From Candidatus Eubacterium faecale (GTDB taxonomy: Bacteria; Bacillota; Clostridia; Oscillospirales; Acutalibacteraceae), in contig DWXN01000005.1 in NCBI GenBank assembly GCA_019119185.1, positions 45,951 to 109,950 of the forward strand: DNA of 64,000 nt, in the 5' to 3' direction. The position numbers and the translations under genes are program-made. A model generated the notes under the pieces. It did not search any database. It was not told the DNA's origin and saw only the letters and a program-made list of their open reading frames with translations. Positions 57,640 through 64,000 of the stretch are shown one piece after another (positions within the stretch are counted from its first letter, which is position 1; each line of letters opens with the position of its first letter).

Positions 57640-58425
57640 TTAAATGATGTGTTTTTCTTCCAGTTTGGAAAGAATGTAATCCGCGGATTCCTGAGGCGTA
57701 TCCAGCTGAACTTTCTCGCCCGCGCCTTTTCTTACCTTATCCGATGCCTTGGCAATTTTGGTGGGTGAGCCGCTCAGACCAAGATTGGAATCATCCACAT
57801 CTTTCAGATCTGCTCTGCCCCAAACTGTTATATCTTTTTTATACGCGTCAAAAATGCCGCCGGGCGTCATATATCTGGGGTCATTAAGTTCAGAAAGCGC
57901 CGTGATCAAAACGGGCATTTTTGCCTTCAGCATATGATATCTGTCGTCAAACTGGCGCTTAACGATCACGCTGTCGCCGTCCAGTTTAATACCTTCCGCA
58001 TAGGAAATGACCGGAATGCCAAGATGCTCCGCAATCTGCGGGCCTACCTGCGCGGTATCGCCGTCGATTGCCTGACGACCCGTAATGATGATGTCATAAT
58101 CAATATTTCTAAGCGCGCCGGCAATCGTGGTTGAGGTTGCCCATGTATCCGCGCCGCCGAGCACTCTGTCAGTTACCAAAATGCCGTCGTCCGCACCCAT
58201 TGCCATAGCCTCGCGCAGAACTTCCTCTGCCTTGGGCAGACCCATGGTGAGCGCCGTTACATGCGCGCCTGTTTCATCCTTTATGCGAAGCGCGGCTTCC
58301 AGACCGGCTTTGTCATCCGGATTCATGATAGAGAGCATGGCCGCTCTGTTCAAAGTACCGTCCGGGTTAAACTGAACGCCGCCCTTTGTATCCGGCACCT
58401 GCTTAATACAAACTACTATATTCAT
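57640..58425 (-). CDS. etfB: Electron transfer flavoprotein beta subunit
   Basis: CIKQVPD, GADTWAT, AIDGDTAQVGP. Confidence 0.96.
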   Translation of the reverse strand: MNIVVCIKQVPDTKGGVQFNPDGTLNRAAMLSIMNPDDKAGLEAALRIKDETGAHVTALTMGLPKAEEVLREAMAMGADDGILVTDRVLGGADTWATSTTIAGALRNIDYDIIITGRQAIDGDTAQVGPQIAEHLGIPVISYAEGIKLDGDSVIVKRQFDDRYHMLKAKMPVLITALSELNDPRYMTPGGIFDAYKKDITVWGRADLKDVDDSNLGLSGSPTKIAKASDKVRKGAGEKVQLDTPQESADYILSKLEEKHII

Positions 58426-58437
58426 TATTAACCCTCC

Positions 58438-59592
58438 TTATTTGAGCAGACTTCCGCTGATAACCATACGCTGAACTTCGGAAGTGCCCTCGTAGATTTC
58501 GGTAATCTTGGCATCACGCATCATGCGCTCAACTTCATATTCTCTGATATAGCCGTAGCCGCCGAAGAGCTGAACCACCTTTGTTGTAACATCCATAGCC
58601 GTTTCCGCCGCAAAGAGTTTTGCTTTTGCAGCCTCAACCGAATAGGTCTTTTGCGTAGCCTTTGCCATTGCCGCTTTATAAACAAGCAATTGCGCAGCCT
58701 CTACTTCCGTTGCAAGGTTTGCAAGCTGGAACTGCGTGTTCTGGAACGCGCCGATTGCTCTGCCGAACTGCTTTCTTTCCTTAACGTAATCCACAGCCCT
58801 TTCCAGCGCGCCCTCTGCAATGCCGAGCGCCTGCGCGGCAATACCGATACGGCCGCCGTCCAGCGTGTGCATGGCAATGCCGAAGCCCTTGCCCCTTGCG
58901 CCAAGAAGATTATCCTTGGGAATTCTGCAATCCTGGAAGATCAGTTCATAAGTGGAAGAACCGCGGATGCCCATCTTCTTTTCCTTGGTTCCAAAAAGGA
59001 AACCGGGTGCGGTTTTGGGAACGATAAATGCGGAGAAAAGCTTTTTCTTTCTGCCTCTTTTATCCTCCACAACATCGGTAACGGCGATCACAATATAGAT
59101 ATCCGCCTCTTTACCGTTTGTAATAAAGCATTTGGAGCCGTTGAGCACCCATTCATCACCGTCCAGCACCGCCTTGGTCTGCGCGCCCTGCGCATCCGTG
59201 CCGGCGCCCGGTTCGGTAAGTGCGAACGCGCCCAAAAGTTCGCCGCTTGCAAGCGGTTTCAGGAACTTCTGTTTCTGCTCTTCCGTGCCGTAAGTCAGTA
59301 TGGGATCACAGCACAGGGATGTGTGCGCAGAAACGATAACGCTGGTTGTTGCGCACGCCTTTGCAAGTTCCTCTACACACATAACATAAGTAAGCGGATC
59401 GCAGCCCTGACCGCCGTACTCCTTGGGGATCGGAATGCCGAGGAAACCGAGTTTCTGCATTTTTGTAACCGTTTCTCTTGGAAAGGTTTCGGTTTCATCC
59501 GTTTCGATTGCAAGGGGCTTTACTTCATTTTCAGTGAAATCGGCAAACAGTTTTCTTGCCATTTCATGCTCTTTGCTGAATGTAAAATCCAT
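58438..59592 (-). CDS. bcd: Butyryl-CoA dehydrogenase
   Basis: FALTEPGAGTD, GSKCFITN, KMGIRGS, RKQFG, TEIYEGT; position in the thl-crt-hbd operon. Confidence 0.92.
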   Translation of the reverse strand: MDFTFSKEHEMARKLFADFTENEVKPLAIETDETETFPRETVTKMQKLGFLGIPIPKEYGGQGCDPLTYVMCVEELAKACATTSVIVSAHTSLCCDPILTYGTEEQKQKFLKPLASGELLGAFALTEPGAGTDAQGAQTKAVLDGDEWVLNGSKCFITNGKEADIYIVIAVTDVVEDKRGRKKKLFSAFIVPKTAPGFLFGTKEKKMGIRGSSTYELIFQDCRIPKDNLLGARGKGFGIAMHTLDGGRIGIAAQALGIAEGALERAVDYVKERKQFGRAIGAFQNTQFQLANLATEVEAAQLLVYKAAMAKATQKTYSVEAAKAKLFAAETAMDVTTKVVQLFGGYGYIREYEVERMMRDAKITEIYEGTSEVQRMVISGSLLK

Positions 59593-59704
59593 TAAAAATA
59601 TCCTCCGTATACATTTTGCATCCTATATTGCCGCGGGCACAGCCCGTTACAGCCTAAAGGCTTTCGCCCTGCTGCAGGCGAAAGCCTTTATCCTCTTTTG
59701 CGCA

Positions 59705-60544
59705 TTACTTGCGGTAATCGTAAAATCCAACACCGGTTTTGCGGCCGAGCTTGCCTGCGCGCACCATCTTCTTAAGAAGTGTTGCCGGGCGGTATTTCGG
59801 ATCGCCTGTTTCCGTGTAGATCGTTTCCATGATCGCAAGCACGATATCAAGACCTACATAGTCGCCGAGTTCCAGCGGACCCATAGGATGATTTGCGCCA
59901 AGTTTCATGGCGGTATCAATATCCTCTACGCTTGCAATACCCATTTCATAAACGGTGATGCCCTCATTGATCAGAGGAATCAGGATTCTGTTTACAACGA
60001 ATCCGGGAGCCTCTTTCACCTCAACCGGTGTTTTGCCGATCTCAACTGCAATAGCCTTGATCTTTTCCACCATTTCAGCAGGTGTATTCGCGCCGGCAAT
60101 CACCTCAATCAGTTTCATGACCGGTGCCGGGTTAAAGAAATGCATGCCGATCAGCGGTCTGTCCAGACCTGCGCCGATCTCCGTAATGGAGAGGGAAGAA
60201 GTGTTTGTTGCGAACATGCATTCCGGCTTAACGATCGCCTGCAGTTCCTTAAAGGTCTGCTTCTTCACATCCATAACTTCAAGAGCTGCCTCAACGATCA
60301 GATCACAATCTGTGCAGATCTCTTTTGTGCCTGTTGTGATCTTAGCAAGAACGGCGTCTGCCGCTGCCTGATCCATCTTGCCCTTTGCAATTCTCTTTTC
60401 AAAGCCTTTTGCGATCTTTGCCTTGCCTTTTGCAGCAAGTTCATCATTGATATCGCAAAGTGCAACTTCATATCCGTCTACCTGCGCAAATGCCTGCGCG
60501 ATGCCGGAACCCATTGTGCCGGCGCCTATAATTCCAACTTTCAT
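59705..60544 (-). CDS. hbd: 3-hydroxybutyryl-CoA dehydrogenase
   Basis: [27 protein letters not shown]. Confidence 0.96.
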   Translation of the reverse strand: MKVGIIGAGTMGSGIAQAFAQVDGYEVALCDINDELAAKGKAKIAKGFEKRIAKGKMDQAAADAVLAKITTGTKEICTDCDLIVEAALEVMDVKKQTFKELQAIVKPECMFATNTSSLSITEIGAGLDRPLIGMHFFNPAPVMKLIEVIAGANTPAEMVEKIKAIAVEIGKTPVEVKEAPGFVVNRILIPLINEGITVYEMGIASVEDIDTAMKLGANHPMGPLELGDYVGLDIVLAIMETIYTETGDPKYRPATLLKKMVRAGKLGRKTGVGFYDYRK

Positions 60545-60561
60545 TCTGATTTCCTCCCTGA

Positions 60562-61353
60562 TTATTTGTTTTTAAATGGCTCTTTGACCTTATCTTTATT
60601 TCTGTCCAGGAAAAACGCCATGCCGTATCTCTGATCTTCCGTCTCAAAGCAGTCGCCGAACAGTTTTTCCTCAATTGCAACGCCGCTTTCAATATCCGTC
60701 TGCAAGCCGTCATTGATCGCCTTTTTGCAGTTTCTTACTGCGATCGGCGCGTTTGACGCAATCATGGAAGCCATTTTCTTAGCCGCGACCATAAGTTCTT
60801 CTATCGGATAAACCGCGTTTACCAGACCGATCCGGAGCGCCTCCGGCGCCTTGATGTTTCTTGCCGTGTAGATCATCTGCTTTGCCATGCCGACGCCTAC
60901 CGTGCGCGCAAGGCGCTGTGTGCCGCCGAATCCCGGCGTAATGCCAAGGCCGACTTCAGGCTGGCCGAAAACAGCGTTTTCCGAGCAGATTCTGATATCG
61001 CAGGCAAGCGAGATCTCGCACCCGCCGCCGAGTGCAAAGCCGTTTACCGCCGCGATAACGGGAATCGGCAGAGTTTCAATCTTTCTGAAAACATCGTTGC
61101 CCTTTTTGCCGAATGCCTCGCCCTCTGCCTTGGTAAGCGTGCTCATTTCGCCGATATCGGCGCCGGCAACAAAGGATTTTTCACCTGCGCCGGTAATAAT
61201 CAGAGCGCGAACTTCATTCAGATCAATCGCATCCAGCGCGGCATTCAGTTCATCAAGCACCGCGCTGTTTAAAGCGTTGAGCGCCTTAGGACGGTTTATA
61301 GTAAGCACCGCAACCGCTGAATCAACTTCATAATTAATAAATTCCATCTTCAA
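60562..61353 (-). CDS. crt: Crotonase (enoyl-CoA hydratase)
   Basis: [31 protein letters not shown]. Confidence 0.95.
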   Translation of the reverse strand: MKMEFINYEVDSAVAVLTINRPKALNALNSAVLDELNAALDAIDLNEVRALIITGAGEKSFVAGADIGEMSTLTKAEGEAFGKKGNDVFRKIETLPIPVIAAVNGFALGGGCEISLACDIRICSENAVFGQPEVGLGITPGFGGTQRLARTVGVGMAKQMIYTARNIKAPEALRIGLVNAVYPIEELMVAAKKMASMIASNAPIAVRNCKKAINDGLQTDIESGVAIEEKLFGDCFETEDQRYGMAFFLDRNKDKVKEPFKNK

Positions 61354-61376
61354 AGTCCTCTTATATCAAATTAAAA

Positions 61377-62558
61377 TCAGTCTCTTTCCACAACGGTTGC
61401 ACAGCCCATACCGCCGCCGATGCAAAGCGTTGCAAGACCTTTCTTTGCGTCTCTCTTCTGCATTTCATGAAGCAGGGTTACCAGGATACGGCAGCCGGAA
61501 GCGCCTACCGGGTGGCCGAGTGCGATTGCACCGCCGTTTACATTGAGCTTGGATTCGTCAAACTTCAGATCCCTTGCAACGGCAATGGACTGCGCGGCAA
61601 ATGCTTCGTTCGCCTCGATCAGATCCATATCATCCACCGTCATACCGATCTTCTTCATCAGCTTGTTCGTTGCGGCAACAGGACCGATACCCATGATCTT
61701 GGGATCTACGCCTGCAAGTGCGCCGCCTACCCACGTTGCCATCGGTTTAACGCCGAGTTCCTTAGCCTTTTCTTCGCTCATAACAACGATTGCGGCTGCG
61801 CCGTCATTGATGCCTGAGGAGTTGCCGGCTGTAACGATGCCGTCTTTCTTGAAAGCGGGGCGGAGTCTTGCAAGGCTTTCCGCCGTAACGCCCGCTCTTG
61901 GGCCTTCATCCGTGTCAAATACGATTGTTTCTTTCTTTTTCTTTATTTCAACGGGAACGATCTCGTCCTTGAATTTGCCCTCTTCTCTTGCTTTTTCGCA
62001 TTTCTGCTGGCTGTTTGCAGCAAATTCGTCAAGTTCTTCACGGGTAATACCGTATTTTTCGCATACGTTTTCTGCAGTGATGCCCATATGATAATCATTG
62101 AATGCATCCCAAAGCGCATCTTTGATCATTGTATCCACTGCCTGCGCATGGCCCATGCGGTAGCCGTAACGGCCCTGCATCAGCGCATAGGGCGCCATGC
62201 TCATATTTTCCATACCGCCGGCAACAACGATATCCGCATCGCCTGCCTGGATCATCTGCGCCGCAAGGTTTACACAGTTTAAACCTGAACCGCAAACAAC
62301 GTTAACGGTAACAGCGGGAGCCTCGATCGGAAGACCGGCTTTCAGGGAAGCCTGGCGCGCAACATTCTGGCCAAGACCTGCCTGAATTACGCAGCCCATA
62401 TATACGTGATCCACCTGATCTGCGGGCACGCCTGCTCTTTCCAGAGCATTCTTGATAACGATTGCGCCGAGATCAACAGCCGGAGTGGTGCTGAGTGTGC
62501 CGCCCATGGTGCCGATAGCAGTACGGCATGCGCCGGCAAGAACTACTTTTTTAGACAT
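61377..62558 (-). CDS. thlA: Acetyl-CoA acetyltransferase (thiolase)
   Basis: [25 protein letters not shown]. Confidence 0.96.
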   Translation of the reverse strand: MSKKVVLAGACRTAIGTMGGTLSTTPAVDLGAIVIKNALERAGVPADQVDHVYMGCVIQAGLGQNVARQASLKAGLPIEAPAVTVNVVCGSGLNCVNLAAQMIQAGDADIVVAGGMENMSMAPYALMQGRYGYRMGHAQAVDTMIKDALWDAFNDYHMGITAENVCEKYGITREELDEFAANSQQKCEKAREEGKFKDEIVPVEIKKKKETIVFDTDEGPRAGVTAESLARLRPAFKKDGIVTAGNSSGINDGAAAIVVMSEEKAKELGVKPMATWVGGALAGVDPKIMGIGPVAATNKLMKKIGMTVDDMDLIEANEAFAAQSIAVARDLKFDESKLNVNGGAIALGHPVGASGCRILVTLLHEMQKRDAKKGLATLCIGGGMGCATVVERD

Positions 62559-62646
62559 ATTGATTACCTCACATTCATTATTTGCGCCCCTAAAAAACAG
62601 AGGCGGGTTTCAAACCTTGCTTATATAATAATATAGGAATTTGCGA

Positions 62647-62664
62647 TTGTCAATATTTTAACAA
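62647..62664. promoter_or_regulatory. Rex operator overlapping the -35 of the butyrate operon
   Basis: TTGTCAA-TATT-TTAACAA, one mismatch to TTGTTAA-N4-TTAACAA; contains TTGACA on the minus strand. Confidence 0.8.
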
Positions 62665-63005
62665 ATTTTCGGCAAACATAATAAAATTATCGTTTATAAA
62701 CGTGTATTTTCGTGCATTTTGAAAAGGTAAAAAATCCGAAAAAAGCGTGCTGTTAAGCCGTTTTTATAACTTCGTGCCGTTTTTATCATTCTTTTAACAT
62801 TTTTTGGCATTCGCCTATATTATTGATTCGTGACGTGGAAAAATCTTTGCATTTTCGTTTTACACTGTGCCAAGCGCGGCGCGTGTTTTTCCGCTTAACG
62901 CAAGTCATTATATTATAACATCAAATACACCCTGCGCCGGAAAAATCCCTGCAACTCAGTAAAAAAATAAGCGGCAATTTTGCTTGCCGCTTAAGTTTTA
63001 TGATT

Positions 63006-63932
63006 TTATGCCGCAGTGATACCTTTTTCCGTAAGCTGCTCCGTAGTAGCAGGGAACGTGTTTGTATAAACGATATCAAGAGACGCGCTCTTATCCTTAA
63101 GAACCAGTACATTTGCATGTGTTACATCAACATGAACGTTCATCGTATAGTCACCTGAAACTATCTCATTCGTTGCCGTGTTGATCGTAACTGTACCCGA
63201 ACCGCCTTTATAAGTTACCACAAAGTTATCACTGATAGAACCGGAAGAGAAAGAAAGTTGCTCAATGGATTCAACCGTAGAAGTAATATCGCCGAGTGTG
63301 TTGAAGAAATGACCCTGCGCGTCAGAACCGGGCATGGAAAGCTCAACCGCCTTGGGCTGGATCGTGATATTAATTGTGCCGTCACCGTTATCCACAACAT
63401 TTGCCATAAGCACATCGTCTGCCGTAAGAAGTGACTGAGTAACATTTATTCCGTCACCAACTGTATCCGCGGTGGGGCTGATATTGCCGCATGGCGGCAG
63501 ACCTTTAAGACCGCCTGTGAACAGACCGCCAACTATTGTGGGAACAAGTTGATTGATAAGATCATTTGAGTTGCCCTCTACCATAATGTTTTCTACTTGA
63601 AGGTTTTCCATGCCAAGCAGTTTGTAATAGGTAGCCGTAGTGCCGTTGTCATTATACTGCGCGGTAAGAGATTTTGTATAGTTATAACTTTCAACGTAAT
63701 AATTTACAACATCTTCAACTGAGTTAAATTCAATTCCACCGTATGTGCCCGCTACGAATTCATCAATCGTGGCAACATCTTCGCCACTGGAAGCGTTTGC
63801 ATCCACGGGAGCTGCTTCATAAGCGCCGCCCGGTTTAATAACGGTAACTACAAGTACTAAGAAAATGATAGCCAGTACTAATAATACAGCTAAAAATTTA
63901 TTAAAATTGCCGAGTTTTGAATTAGCTTTCAT
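63006..63932 (-). CDS. Membrane-anchored extracellular hypothetical protein
   Basis: N-terminal TM helix followed by an acidic, beta-rich domain. Confidence 0.7.
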   Translation of the reverse strand: MKANSKLGNFNKFLAVLLVLAIIFLVLVVTVIKPGGAYEAAPVDANASSGEDVATIDEFVAGTYGGIEFNSVEDVVNYYVESYNYTKSLTAQYNDNGTTATYYKLLGMENLQVENIMVEGNSNDLINQLVPTIVGGLFTGGLKGLPPCGNISPTADTVGDGINVTQSLLTADDVLMANVVDNGDGTINITIQPKAVELSMPGSDAQGHFFNTLGDITSTVESIEQLSFSSGSISDNFVVTYKGGSGTVTINTATNEIVSGDYTMNVHVDVTHANVLVLKDKSASLDIVYTNTFPATTEQLTEKGITAA

Positions 63933-64000
63933 AGTGAATTCCCCCTTGCCATATAATAATAACCTATTTGAAACACTTTTTCAACAATTTTTTAAAATTA

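Overview
Core chromosomal window from a moderately GC-rich, anaerobic, probably spore-forming Firmicute; the gene content suggests a gut Clostridia/Oscillospirales lineage (inference). Housekeeping and metabolic blocks: fused purL, apgM, metY, obgE-mrnC, feoA-feoA-feoB, rplU-prp-rpmA, rpsO-pnp, spoVT, a split archaeal-type glutamate synthase operon ending in purF, glnA, fprA, ilvE, and the butyrate operon thl-crt-hbd-bcd-etfB-etfA with a Rex box. There is one tRNA-Ser(GGA) and one sugar locus (AraC, GH36, GPH symporter, six-hairpin glycosidase). No integrase, transposase or CRISPR array is visible. The most unusual elements are: (1) a duplicated tRNA-Ser 3' end/terminator unit enclosing an 84-nt multi-hairpin spacer (39379-39621); (2) an AT-rich accessory island (about 18.3-23.7 kb) of zinc-ribbon membrane proteins, XRE regulators and a small Ser/Thr kinase that appears to start at ACG; (3) within that island, a UDG-fold gene bounded by a 70-bp ungapped duplication spaced exactly 1000 bp apart; (4) an AT-rich XRE/glycine-zipper islet with paired operators between rplU and rpsO. 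All family calls come from motif recognition by eye; no database searches were run.
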